A DNA stretch of 63,459 bases, filler included, from Rozella allomycis CSF55 (lineage: Eukaryota): assembly GCA_000442015.1 (NCBI GenBank). It is 6 parts of 6 records of this genome, joined end to end, with 100 filler letters (N's around TTAATTAATTAA, not from the genome) between each part and the next. Parts side by side here need not be neighbours in the genome. Positions count along the whole stretch, not along the records: positions 1 to 14,975 come from KE560819.1; positions 15,076 to 35,864 come from KE560820.1; 4 more parts are not named here. One strand, given 5' to 3'. The number at the start of each line of letters is the position of its first letter. Position 1 is the first letter of the stretch. Below the pieces are notes generated by a model. The model was not told the DNA's origin, made no database searches, and saw only the letters and a program-made list of their open reading frames with translations. Positions 11,461 through 24,300 of the stretch are shown here, one piece after another. The translations under genes were made by a program, and so were the position numbers.

Positions 11461-14400
11461 TCAATTCAATAAATCAATGTCCTTTCTGAACGAAAAGTCT
11501 TCAAAATGTAGTTCATCGTTGCTCGACATGACAGATTCAGTGATAACCGGCGCTTGGTCTGTAAACTCTTGATCAAAATACCTATTTCCCATTTAAACAT
11601 ATTTTACCTATATGAAACACACATAACAACTTACCTAGTATCGATATCGTTTCTCAAATCTGGCACAAACGGCGGCCTGACCAACTTTTTAAACACCATG
11701 TTGAAATCCACTCCATGAAAGAAATCATGCCTTCTAATAGCACAGCTGGCATCACTCCCACATCCCAGCCTGTATTGTGGTTCTCTAACAAGAAACTGTT
11801 CAATGATAGATTTCGTTTGGGTGTTTAAATGATTCGGATAGTGTATGGGTTCTCTTAAAATCTTTTCGTATAGTTTGTGCCTGTTGGGGGAATAAAAGGG
11901 ATGAAACCCGCATGTCATTTCAAAGATGATTATGCCGAATGCCCACCAGTCTGCTGCGAATCCCTGTGTTTCAAACAGGATTACTTCTGGTGCGAAATAT
12001 TCGAGGGTGCCTGAGAATGATTTTGTTGTTTCGTCGTATCGTTTGCAGAGCCCGAAATCTGTTATCCGAATGTGGCCGTCTTTATCTAGTAGAATGTTTT
12101 CTAGTTTGAGATCCCTTGTTGGAACAAGATGATATTTCTACCTTACAATATGAAGAACAATTCGTTACCTGTAAACATAACCTTTGCCATGAAGACATTC
12201 AAGAGCCAGTAGCATTTCAGCAGCATAAAATTGAGCTCTTTCAAAAGAAAATTTACCGAAACGTTGTAAATGAAAAAACAATTCACCACCGTTGACATAT
12301 TCCATTACTAAGTACAATTTGTCTCTAGTTTGAAATGCATAATGCAGACTAACAAGAAAGGGATGCATGATGCCTCTTAGCAATTTGTTTTCATTTACGC
12401 TTGTTTCTGGTGCGTATTTCTTTTTTAAAACTTTTATAGCGAATAGTTGGTCAGTTGATTTCTTGTTTGATAAATAAACTTTGCCATATTGACCCTGGCC
12501 AAGAACTTTGATTATTTCAAAATCGCTAATAGAAATAACAGAAGCGTTGGCAGTTGAATTTGATTTAAAAGACATTGAATTTGATGTTGAATTTGATGTG
12601 CACGCAAGGGATAGTGATTCAATCCAATCTGCGCATTCTTGTTTATTGGATGCTTTCAGATGTATTTTGAGATTATTGTTGTAAATCAGAGTGAATGAAT
12701 GAAGAGATTTATTTCTTTCATCACAAAATATTTTTATTTGAGATAATGGAAACTTTAATTGTTCTTTTGAACTCTTCATGTTGAAATAACAATTCTCAAT
12801 AAAACACCAATAATTAACCCAATTGTTAAGAGATAAAGATAACAACCAACCTTCTTTAATGACGAGATCAATTTTGACGATTTTTTCAGTAAAACTTGGA
12901 TTTGAAATTTTATTTAAAGCTTTTAACATTAAATCAATTTCAGTTCCAAAGAATCCAGCTAGTTTATTAACAGTTGAATTGAAAGCAACACCATCATTCT
13001 CTTTATCATTTGATTGTTCAATTCTTTTAAATAGAAATAATTGTTTATCTCTCCATTTCAACATTCTTTCATACAAAATTTCATCATCTTTTAATTCTTT
13101 TTCATGTCCATTATTCACTTCAAATATTTTATAATTTTCTGAATCATTAATGTTTTTATTTAAACAAATTTTATCTACAATTTCTTTTGATCTTTCTGTT
13201 GTTGAAATTATCATCTTTTTATATGAATGATCAACAAAGTTTATTCTAACAATCAATTTACCAGATTCCAATTTAATCTAAATTTATTTTTTAATTAATC
13301 TTTTTTTACTTTGTTTGATTTCTTTTCAATTTCTCTTCTTATTTTGTCAACTTCATTTTCATCTTTCACTCCAAAGAAATTTACTAATTTTCCTGTTCTA
13401 TTTTTAGAATTCTCTTCAGGGGTACAATTCTCACTCAAACTCAAATCAGCGTTATTCAAACTAATTAAAGTTAAACTAGATGTTAAATTGTCACTCTCTT
13501 TCACATTCAAATTCTTAATAACATTTCTTATTTGATCAACTTCATCTTCATTCTTTTCAACTCCAAAGAAATCAGCAATTTTAAGAGTTCTCTTTGTCAT
13601 TTTATTCATTAAATTATTTTCATTCACAATTTGCTCTTCTCGTGGAATTCTTTCATCTTCAAGAAGAAATTCATATATTTTATCACTCTTCATCAAATCT
13701 ATTCTCTGCAATGGAATTTCATTCTTTTCTAAACAAATAAATTCTTTAAATTAAATAAAATCTTTCTTTACCTTGATTTAATATCAAATTTAATTTAAAA
13801 TGTTCTTCTTCATCCCTCTTCCCTTCTCTGTCTAAAATAGTTCGAATAATCTCCAAACAACAAGTTCTTTCTGTTATTGATATATTAAATAATTTCTTCA
13901 TAAATATTAACTTTACATACACTGATTCTCTCTCTTCTTCATTCTTATTCTGCCTCTTCTTGTACACAAAGATTTCTTTAACATTCCATGGATTAAATGG
14001 AGTTTCTCCCATCATTATTTCTTCAAGCTCATTAAATTTATTTATTCTATAAAGAGAATAGTTTAGCATTTCACTACTACTTTCACTACTCTTCTCCCCT
14101 TGTTCGCTAATTCTTCCTCCTCTTTCATTACCCTCCAAAGTCTTGCTATATATCATTTCAATAGCTTTCAACGCACTAGTAAACACACTAAACCTCATAT
14201 CCACCATCTCCCCACTCTCCTCAACTCTTATCCTAAACCTACACGAATTCTCAACATCCTCAACCAGCAGCCTAAACCCCTTCCCATCCCTCCCAACAAT
14301 GTCCCCAAAAGTCATCGCATATCCACACCCCCTCTCATCACAATCACAATCATACACATAAACTCTAAACCTCTCACATCCTGCCGCCAGCCCCTCACCC

Positions 14401-14888
14401 GCTTTCTCAATAATCACAGTATCAATAAACTCTCCAACAGTCATTTCAGGCGGCCCATAAACTGTGCAGAATCCAACACGCTCAAAATAGAAACTTATTT
14501 CAATCGACTCTTGCCGCGCTTCAGAATGGTTAAACGATTGCGAGCGCATAAATTTAATGGTTTGGTTGTCGCTCACATCCAATTCAGTCGTTGGATTCGA
14601 TAGGTATGGGCGCATATACGCAGAAAACTGTTGCTCCGTATCAATGTCATCCGCAATGAAATCATGAGAGATATCGTTGTTTATGTTGTCTTCACAAAGT
14701 TCCACGTTTCTTTGTTTCATGGGATTGCAATAATTCTTATCGTCTTCTTGCATTACTTGGATGCTTTCAACACTCTGCAAGGTACTCTCCGTGCCGTTCA
14801 CAATCATCTTGAATTCCAAAGTTAAAGGTTTTGGCGGCGTAATTTGAAATAATTCACTGGCGCTTTTAGAAAGTTTGTCAGATATCAT
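11461..14888 (-). CDS. AGC-family (Akt/SGK/S6K-like) Ser/Thr kinase with several N-terminal RA/ubiquitin-like domains and a PH domain
   Basis: Kinase motifs LGQGQYGKV, FAIKVLKK, YRDLKLEN, DFG, SFSGTLEYFAPE, PPFVP, DTRYFDQEFT and hydrophobic motif FEDFSF. PH domain KEGWL...LKASNKQECADWIESL. RA-like LIVRINFVDHSYKKMII...YKIFEV...EKELKDDE. Introns at 13744-13771, 13278-13309, 12115-12168 and 11582-11634. Confidence 0.9.
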
Positions 14889-14975
14889 CTTTATGTTTCC
14901 GGCTGATCTGATTGAGATGGATATCGGAAATTATTGGTACGGACATTTATAAAATTTGAAGATGTTTCAAGCTAT

Positions 14976-15075
14976 NNNNNNNNNNNNNNNNNNNNNNNNN
15001 NNNNNNNNNNNNNNNNNNNTTAATTAATTAANNNNNNNNNNNNNNNNNNNNNNNNNNNNNNNNNNNNNNNNNNNN
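14976..15075. other. Scaffold spacer (Ns around TTAATTAATTAA); identical spacers at 35865-35964, 53680-53779, 55421-55520 and 60668-60767
   Basis: The same 100-nt N pad with a six-frame stop linker occurs five times. Confidence 0.98.
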
Positions 15076-15238
15076 TATTAGCGGCCACAACGCTACGTAC
15101 TAACCGTTATACTATGTGAGCCGAAAGAAAGTTTCAAAGAGCATTTATCAGGATACAGAAAGAATTGTAACCAAAGTCATCATACAATTTATTCCTATTT
15201 AATATTTTGAAGTAAAGAAAATGTGTCCTTTTTAAATT

Positions 15239-16742
15239 TTAGTTTATTAAAGGATTGATTTCGCTCATGAATTGTTTTATATCGTCCTTCATGTTTTCAA
15301 ACTTTCTTTGAACTACCAAAATTTCTTGCTCGTGATTCTTTTTTAAAAGTTGAATCTTTCAATGACATAGTAATGTTTTACCTTGTTATTGTGTGATTCT
15401 ATTTCATTATTGTAATGATTTATTTTATTTTTGACCTTTTGATTTTCAAGTTTAATTTGATTGTATTCTTCTTGTAATGACTTTAGTTTTGATTGAATAT
15501 TTTCCTTTTTGCTCTCTTGTTGAATTCTTAAGCGATTCAATTTTTCTTCAGCGTTATTGAGCATTCTTTCCATTTGCTAATAATACTCAGTAAGATGAAT
15601 TTACTTGTTTTTTCACATCAAATTCACGCAATATTTGTTGCTGCTTGTATATCGCATCTTTTAAATCATTCAATTTTGTTTTGCTTTCATTTTCTCTGTT
15701 TAAGATATTTTCACAATTTCCAAAAACATTCAAACAAGAATCTAACTGAACTTGCAAAGAGTTTAATCCTTCCAGTTTAATTTGGAGTTCTCTACTCTTT
15801 TTCTCATTCAGATTTAAAGAGTTTTTCTCTTCGGCAATCTTATCATGAAAGTCTTGTATTGCCTTTATTTCTTATTTAATATTTGTTTACTTGCATCAAT
15901 TTTTCTGGGCTTGAGACTATCCTTCCTCTTAGGCGATTAATCTCCTGTTTCAAGCTCATTAAATTTTCTTGATTTTCATGCTAATTACATTTATAATATT
16001 TCTTTACTAATTTATCACTGAGTCTGACTTTTTCTGCTTTGGCCTTTGTATATTTTTCTGAAAGAACTCCTTGTTCATTTCTCAATTGAACCATTTTCTC
16101 GACAAGAGCTTGATTTTTCTTTTCTGCGTTCAAAACGGCTGGCTCTTCTTGCTCTCTCTGCAATCTTGTGAAATACATGCCTTCTGTTTACTTTATTCCA
16201 TCCACCTTGGCTTTTAAATCTCTAGTCACTGCACTCAATTCGTCTCTTTCCTTGCTTAATTGGTTCTTTTATAACAAAAATGCTTAATTACTGCTCGTTC
16301 TGTTATTTCTTCATAAATCACAGCGTGTTCTTCTCTGAACTTTGCAAAATTTATAATATACGACAATATCATTTTGAACCTCTTAAATTTTATTAATGGC
16401 TTTACCTTTTTGGTTCCGGTTGAAGAATATCTTTAAGAGAAAAATCCTTGATGCCTGCTTCATACATAAACTCATTTCTATCATACCAAAATCAACTATT
16501 TACAAAACTTTAAAGAAAGATATAAAAGATAAACTTTCAGTGTGCATCTCAGGATAATCTAACATTTGTAAGACCTCAAAATTTGGCTGCGAAAATTGTT
16601 CCTTTGTAACACCAACAAAGTACTCCAAAAACATCTCATAAACCCGCTGAACAGTCTGGGGTGTTGGTTTTAATATATCCTGCTCTGATAATGGTACGTT
16701 CAGACATTCGCAACACTCTACGATATCTTTGACTTTTAGCAT
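15239..16742 (-). CDS. NUF2: Kinetochore NDC80-complex subunit Nuf2, multi-exon
   Basis: N-terminal LKVKDIVEC..LSEQDILKPTP, DFSLKDILQPEPKRFKMILSYIINFAKFREE and IVSSPEKL, followed by a long coiled coil. Eight 26-28-nt introns restore the frame. Confidence 0.88.
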
Positions 16743-16887
16743 GGCGCCAATTCCGGGTCAAAGAAATTTCTCAAATAAAAATGCCAAAGACTATCAAACT
16801 TACTTCATTTATTGCAGTGAAAACAACCTCCTGGAATATTAATTTTTCTTTGTTTCATATTTTACATGGTAACGTTTGAAATTGTCA

Positions 16888-18141
16888 ATGTTTTGTTCTT
16901 GCTTCAAAGTAAATAGGGCGCGGATTAAGCCCTCAAATGATCCATCAGGAAAGAAAATAGCAAGTCGAGAACTAGATACAGAAAATCAAAATTTGCTACC
17001 GGCCATTAGTCCTCAAAATGATCAGGTTCAAGTAGTTCAAGTGGAAATTCCTAGATTAAAGAAAAGCGCTACTCTTCGTTCATTAAATAATCCAGAAAAT
17101 AATAATTTAAATGCAATGGATCAGCGGAATATGCCAGATAATGGAAATCAAGCAGAGCATTCGCTTACACAAGTCCCAAGGCGAGGGAGTGCGCTATCTG
17201 ATGCTCCACCTGTATTTGTTGATATCGATGAAATTATACAAAGACTTTTAGAAATTAAGAATCAGCCAAAGCTGCAGAGGTACATGGTTGTTAAAACAAA
17301 TGAAATTTTATCAATATGCTCAATCGCAAGGGAAATATTATTGGCAGAGCCTTCCTTATTACAAATTGAACCACCCGTTAAAATTGTAGGAGACATTCAC
17401 GGCCAATACCTTGACTTGCTAAATATATTTGATCAATGCGGTCATCCGTCTGTTCAGCCATACCTGTTTCTTGGAGACTATGTGGATAGGGGGAAACAAA
17501 GTTTAGAGACTATGATATTGCTTCTTTGCTACAAAATCAAATATCCCAACACATTCCATATCTTGAGAGGAAATCATGAGTGTGCTAGCATTAACAGGGT
17601 TTACGGCTTCTTTGAAGAATGTAAAAGACGTGTCAATATAAAATGCTGGAAAAGCTTTACTGATGTATTTAATGTAATTCCAGTCGCTGCTATTGTTGCT
17701 GAAAAGATTTTCTGTGTGCATGGTGGTCTTTCACCTGGCCTGTATTCCATGAAGCAAATTGAAATGATTAAACGACCCACAGATGTTCCTGACTTTGGCC
17801 TGCTTAATGATCTTTTATGGGCTGATCCGAATGAAAACGTTGCAGAATGGGAAGAAAACGATAGAGGTGTGTCCTACTTGTTTGGAAAATCCATAATTGA
17901 TCAGTTTCTACAAAAACATGATCTAGATCTCATATGTAGAGCTCACACTGTAGTTGAAGATGGATATGAGTTCTTTAATGATAGGACACTAGTCACGGTG
18001 TTTTCAGCTCCTAATTATTGCGGAGAATTCGAAAATTGTGGCGCGATTCTGCAAGTTTCTCAAAATTTACTTTGCTCCTTTCAAATAATTAAAAATTCAA
18101 GTCCTTTATACAAAATATCAAGTGAAGATATCAATAAATAA
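16888..18141 (+). CDS. PP1-family Ser/Thr phosphatase, PPZ/PPQ-like, with an N-terminal low-complexity extension
   Basis: [40 protein letters not shown] and [16 protein letters not shown]. Intronless; first in-frame ATG at 16888. Confidence 0.92.
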   Translation: MFCSCFKVNRARIKPSNDPSGKKIASRELDTENQNLLPAISPQNDQVQVVQVEIPRLKKSATLRSLNNPENNNLNAMDQRNMPDNGNQAEHSLTQVPRRGSALSDAPPVFVDIDEIIQRLLEIKNQPKLQRYMVVKTNEILSICSIAREILLAEPSLLQIEPPVKIVGDIHGQYLDLLNIFDQCGHPSVQPYLFLGDYVDRGKQSLETMILLLCYKIKYPNTFHILRGNHECASINRVYGFFEECKRRVNIKCWKSFTDVFNVIPVAAIVAEKIFCVHGGLSPGLYSMKQIEMIKRPTDVPDFGLLNDLLWADPNENVAEWEENDRGVSYLFGKSIIDQFLQKHDLDLICRAHTVVEDGYEFFNDRTLVTVFSAPNYCGEFENCGAILQVSQNLLCSFQIIKNSSPLYKISSEDINK

Positions 18142-18653
18142 ATATGAAATATTATTACTTGTTTTGGAAGTAGTGATTGATATTATGATAGATATTTATT
18201 GAAAGATAATTATCCTTGGAAAATAAGGCCATTGATCCTTGGGAGTACAGTAGGGCCAAACCTTAGTGCCAACCGCTGTGCAATATTTGTTTTACCAAGA
18301 ATCGGTTCTGGTTTGAAAGTTGTCGTAAATTGAAGATCATAATCAACATATTCATATTGTCAATGTATTTTAATTTGAATGGTACCATAAAAATATTAAT
18401 GAAGGCTAAAGCAAAATCAAATGAGGAAAACCAATTTATGTATTTTTAAGCTAAAATAAATTTTTAGACGACTATTATGTTAATAATTTAATAATTAATT
18501 TCTTCGCTTTCTAATTTCTTCAATTTACTGGGTTGTTGACTGTTGATTATCAGTGAATACGGCCGATGTTAAAAAACTAGTCAATAAAGAATGATTGAAT
18601 AAGAGAAATAATTCCTAAAACTGAGCATCTAATATTTAAGTATTTATTTTAGT

Positions 18654-21121
18654 TTAAAAAAACATCGAAGGTAATCCCTTGGACTTTCGATTATTCGATA
18701 TTCTTCTTGAAAAGGTGGAAAAATAATTCCCGATGAAAAAGTCAGCGTGATAACATATTTCTTGTTCCAGAAAGGGGAGCAAATCATCTGTTTTCATGTC
18801 CATCGGTAACAATTCTGGGTTGTTTTGAATTCCTTTCATTATTACATCACTGTTAAAAACATTCAACGTGGTGTTTAGGTAAGATTGCGAAAATTCTTCG
18901 GGCTTGTTGGTGGATACATAAATTGACTTCACTGGTCCGAACTTTTGAATTTCTTTTTGAATCCTTAGCGAAATAACATTATTTGAAGGGTAGCACTTGT
19001 CGATGGAGAATCCACGAAGCCAAGTTTTCAGTAAACCTGGTTCCTTTTTTATGCGTTCAGCCAAGTGCGAACAATAGTTTTCAAAATCCCCCCGCCGAGC
19101 GTGAATACATATGAATGGGCTTTTGCCAAAACTTTCTTGTATAATATTCGAGACTACATTTCTATTTCATCTAACTAGCCTTTTTTACTTGAGTGAATGT
19201 TTCAAATTCCATAATCCCGAAACAGCTTTAGAATGTTGGCGATTCTTTGTTCTTGTATCAAACTTGTAAAATCCCATGAATAAAGTGTTAAATGATAAAA
19301 TATCATCATCGCAAGACCCATACAAGCGTTTTATATCTTTTTCATAGCGATTGGAGCCTTGTATTCTGTATTTAACAGGAGAATCTAAACCATGTTTTTC
19401 AAGTAAAACATTATTAGGCTCAAGAAAGTTAGTTAGCCCTTCCAATACAATCATTCTTCGTGGTGGAGGCAATTGTAGGTCAACAAATTCATCAAAGTAT
19501 GTGAAATTGATGTATTGAGACAGTTTGTCTTCATTTATGTCAAACAAAGAATTTAGAGAGAACCAACTTTGATTTGTGGATTGCACTGGGGGCAAAACTA
19601 AAGTACGCTTCAAAATGTGGGCATAGGCTATAGCATCTTCATACGCTCGAAGCTGATTATTAAACCCGAGTTGAGGTTGAAAAATGATATACTTTTCATC
19701 TGAAACTGGTTCTTCTCTTTCTAATGACCCAAATAGATCCAGAACACAATGATTATTTCCGTCTACAGTATTTATACCATAGAATCTTTTGAATAACTCT
19801 TTTGTATTTCTATTTGTATGATATAGCTGTTCTAAGGCACCCAGGCCAGTTTCGAATAGATGAACTACAGACGGAACTTTTCTATGATAAATGTCAAACA
19901 CGTCAAGATCTTTAATGGGTTTGTTCAAATCATTCCAGAATTTTCTTGACTTCAGGAAACTATCGTCTTCATGAAGAGAAACTGTATAGACCCATAGTTT
20001 TTTCTTTGTCAAGGTGAATGAAGAGGTTTTTCCGGCGGCACCCTTCGATCCTGTATGTTCGCCTTTTTGAATTGCTTTTGATAACTTACCTGGTTCACGG
20101 TGGTTAGTTGAAAATGATAATTGATCAGGGAAATTTGGGTAAATCATGAACCATCCTCTGGCATACGATAAGTCGATTAGATGCCTATTGTAATATACGT
20201 CTATTTCTACCTCTTCCAGGATCTTCTCCATGTATTACTATGAGCATTTGGTGCAATTATTCTAGAGCCAAATTTTCGAACTGCTACTTCACTCGTTCTC
20301 CAGTCATAGTACTCCTTAAATTCACGCCACACTTTAGGAAAGTATACAGCGCCCCAGCTGCAAGGAATCTGGAACATAAATAAAGTACTATTTTGGACGA
20401 TATCTGATGGTATCCATTTTAAAGGAGGATGCACTATTTCATTCCACCTTGGAGTGTATAGAGAAATACCCATCATTTTTGATAAGACATCCGCATTTTC
20501 ACGAAAAACATACCTATTAATATTCATTAGAATAAAACCAAAATAATATTTGGACACTTCGATATCATCTTCCAGGAAAATGGCATATTCATCATCCGAT
20601 GCAGGAGACCATGCCGACATTATCATCTAGTAAAACATCATCCGAAATATTACTTTTTCCAATCCTAATCTATCCGTTCGTATATTTCTGATCGTATCTC
20701 CATGTGGCCATTTGAATGAATCGACTAAGGCTATGACCTCTTCACCAGCATCGCCATCAACATTGATTTGAATATCGACTTTCACTCCAAAGTATAGAGC
20801 GTTTGTTAATGATGTAAGTAGTCTCTGTAAAGATGCAAATCTTCTCCAACCGAAAACCTGTACTACGAATGAAGGATAAGGTCTTGATAGACTTTCTTCA
20901 GTAATGGAATTAACCACTTTTTTATCCCAATTTTTATACAAATGATCATAAAAAACGTCTTTATCAGGATGGGAGACCCAGTTATCAACTACAGCGGTTG
21001 CATTGAAGTCCATGACATTGGGTCGGTATAATACAGGCAAAAGAGATATAAATATCGCGCCAAATATGACGATGGACTTGTAGGATATTCTATAGGCTGA
21101 GAATTTAAACTTTGGATGCAT
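18654..21121 (-). CDS. Type II membrane glycosyltransferase fusion: GT-A-like domain plus O-fucosyltransferase-like domain
   Basis: N-terminal TM segment. GT-A motifs RFASLQRLLTSL, IFLEDDIEVS, GISLYTPR, QIPCSWGAVYFP and NHREPGEH. O-FucT motifs GFNNQL..LKRTLVLP, CIHARRGDF, IYVST and EQEICYHADFFIGNYFSTFS. Four 26-27-nt introns join these into one frame. Confidence 0.8.
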
Positions 21122-21348
21122 TAAATGTGATGTTTGGAGGGCAAGATGAGCGTGTAAACAAAACAATAAACAATCAGATTGGTAATTTGGAATTACGAAT
21201 TATGACTAATGCGGAGCTTAAATTCAATCTAGAAACTCACAGAAAACGTAATAACTAATAAGTAATAAATCATAAAACAATTTTCAAAAATGATATATCG
21301 AAATGCAATGTTTGTTTACATAATTGAAATAGTTTGGTGCTTCTTTAA

Positions 21349-24300
21349 ATGAGATTAAAATATTCCAAGTCAATCTTTAATGCACAAAACAATATGAATA
21401 AAAGAGTTGAAAGCATAACTTGGTCACCAAACGGAAAAAAGATGGCCGTTTGTTTAGCTGACAGAACAGTATCTCTCTTCGACTCTAATGGGGAGAGGAA
21501 AGATAAATTTGGCACTAAATCTATAGATTCAGTAAGTATTTTACTTTAATAATATAGAATTCAAACTACAACGTGGTAGATTCCGTATTTTCACCTGATT
21601 CATCAAAGTTGGCAATTGCACAATCGGACAAGTCTGTGTTCATATACAAAGTTGGTACTGAATGGGGAGATAAGAAAAGTATATGCAACAAATTCACCAT
21701 TGATTCCATGATTACAAGTATTGTTTGGCCGGAATCCGATTCCAATAACATATATTTCTCCAGCATGGATGGTAAAGTCAGGCAAGGTTCAATCAAGTCA
21801 AACAAAATTAACATAATATTTGAATCGTCTAATTTTTCTTGTATATCTTTAGCTGTGTCACAAAATTTTCTCTATTCCGGCCATGTAGATGGAACCATTT
21901 ATCGCCACACTATCGGGGTAGATCAAAGTGATAAAAAAGTAAAACATTGGTTATATTGAGACAGGTCTTTGCCAACTATAAAGGTTATCCATGTCAAATT
22001 TCGGCACACGATTCTGGTATTATTGTCGCTAGTGATCTTCAGCTAACATTTTTCTCAAAAGAAGGTAAATGTAAATTAGCACCATTCCAGGTTCTATTGC
22101 TCAAAAAATTGACTTCTCACAAGAAGAAAATTTGAGAGAGATAACAACAATGACACTCAGTCCTAACCAGCAAGCTCTAATTGTAGGTTGCTTCAATACG
22201 TAATTGGTATGTATTGCTTCTATAGATTCATATCGTTGGAGTATAACTCGTCAAAGCGCATGTGGAGTGAAACCTCTAGAAAGGTAGTGGAAAATTTCTA
22301 TGGTCCTTCGTCAATGGCTTTTAAACCAGATGGTTCAAAGCTATATATAGGAAACATATGCGGAGAGCTTTCTGTGTTTGAATGTTGCCTGAAAAAAGTT
22401 TTGTATAAGAACTCTTTTGAAATGGCTTTCACTATGCCAAGTCAAGTCGTTTTGAAGAGGCTTTCAGATAATACCTCAGTTGTGGTTCAATCAAATTCAG
22501 GTTTTGACATTCAACAAATTGATGTTTTCCACGAAAATTATGTGTTTGCCAAAACAAAAGGAACCATAATTTGTGGAGACATTAATTCTCTGGCTATCAG
22601 TGAAGTAAAAATTGTAATTAATGCTTTAAAGGTTCCATGGTATAATGAAGGCGGTGAAAAATGTATCTTTGACACACCTCCCTTGTGCCTTATTTACAAA
22701 GCCGGTGAATTGTTTATAATAGAGTATGGCCAAAACGAAATCTTAGTTATATGCAGAACAGAATATGTGCAGCCTCATTTAATAAGGTACTATGCTTAGG
22801 ATTTCCAAATAAAGTGCCCGTTGTGACGAAAAAAGCGGCGCCAAGTATCTTGCGTTTCTGGTGGATCCACAGAATATCCATGTTCAAGATATCAATAGAA
22901 ATAACATAATCTCAACAATTAGCCATAACTATAAAATTGACTGGCTTGAGTTATCTGGAAAGACAAATTTGTTAGCCTTTCGAGACAAAAAGAAACAACT
23001 TCATATTTTTAATATGCACGAAACTGACAAGGTTCTCTTGCTTCATTATGTGTCATACGTACAAGTACAATGATGTAGCAATTATGATTTATAGTGGATT
23101 CCTGACAGTGATGTATTGGTTGCCGAAGCCCCAGGATTCTTGTACATATGGTATAATCCCCTCTATCCTGATCAATTTACGAAGATTGCAATTAAAGGGC
23201 AAGTTCAAGGAATAGAGCGAAATGACGGACGAACCAGTGTGATTATTGATGAAGGAGTAAACAACACCATTTTTATCTTGGATGAAAACTTGATTAACTT
23301 TAATTCATTGCTTAAAGAAAAGGAATACGAAAAGTAATTCTTACTGTAAAATGAGACAGGGCCATTATGTTGATCGAGAGTATGGAAAGCGGAAAGAGTG
23401 ATACTGCTCCATTGTGGAATAGTTTATGTGAGCATGCTATGGACGATGGTCGATACAAAGTGGCAGAAAGGTTTCAAATATATGTTACATTTACGTAGAT
23501 GTTACTCTGCTACTGGAAATGTTGTCAAAGCATCCTATCTTCATGAAGTGAATAAACTCGAACAGGTATGATATTCAATCAGTTAAGATCAAGCAAAGCT
23601 TGGTCCAGGCAAAAATGTGTGTCTTGAATAAACAATACCAAGTTGCAGAGAATTTGTATCTTGAAAATGGGAAACTGAATGAGGCCATGGAAATGTACCA
23701 AGAATTGCATAAATGGGATTCCGCTATTAAAGTGGCTCAATTAAGGAACCATCCAGACATTAAAGAGTTAAAGCAAGGATACTTGACGTGGCTCTTGGAA
23801 TCTGGTCAAGAAGATAAAGCTGCAGAGTACAAAGAAACAGAAGGCGACATTTTGACAGCGATTGAATACTATTTAAAAGGAGGTAAATTAACAATACGTG
23901 TTAAATTTATAAGGATTTCCCGGAAAAGCCGCAAGTTTGCTGAACAAGAATCAAGATAAAATAATTGATCCCATTTTACGTGAAAGCGTTGCCAAATCAC
24001 TCTATTCTTTTGAAATGTTTGAAAAGGTACACTTTAAGTTTTCATTTAATAGGCTGGTGAATTCTATGAGAATTTGGGTCAAGATTTAAAAGCATTGGAG
24101 TCTTTTAAAAAGGGAAACTGTTATAGAAAAGCAATTGACATTTCGAGGAAAATTGACCCATCGCTAGTTAAAGAGTTGGAAAAGGTATAATCAATGGACT
24201 CTTTTTCATAAAGAATTGGGGCGATTATTTGTTTAACCAGAAGCAGTATGATTCATCAATAAACCACTATTTGGAAGCGGGATTAGAATTAAAAGCAGCT

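Noticed and set aside
14976-15075. Palindromic TTAATTAATTAA inside N runs, five times
   Set aside because: Artificial scaffolding linker with stops in all six frames. ORFs ending in ..XLIN are artefacts.
18200-18400. Short open frame on the minus strand between the phosphatase and glycosyltransferase genes
   Set aside because: I could not build a convincing start or splice structure, nor recognise a motif.
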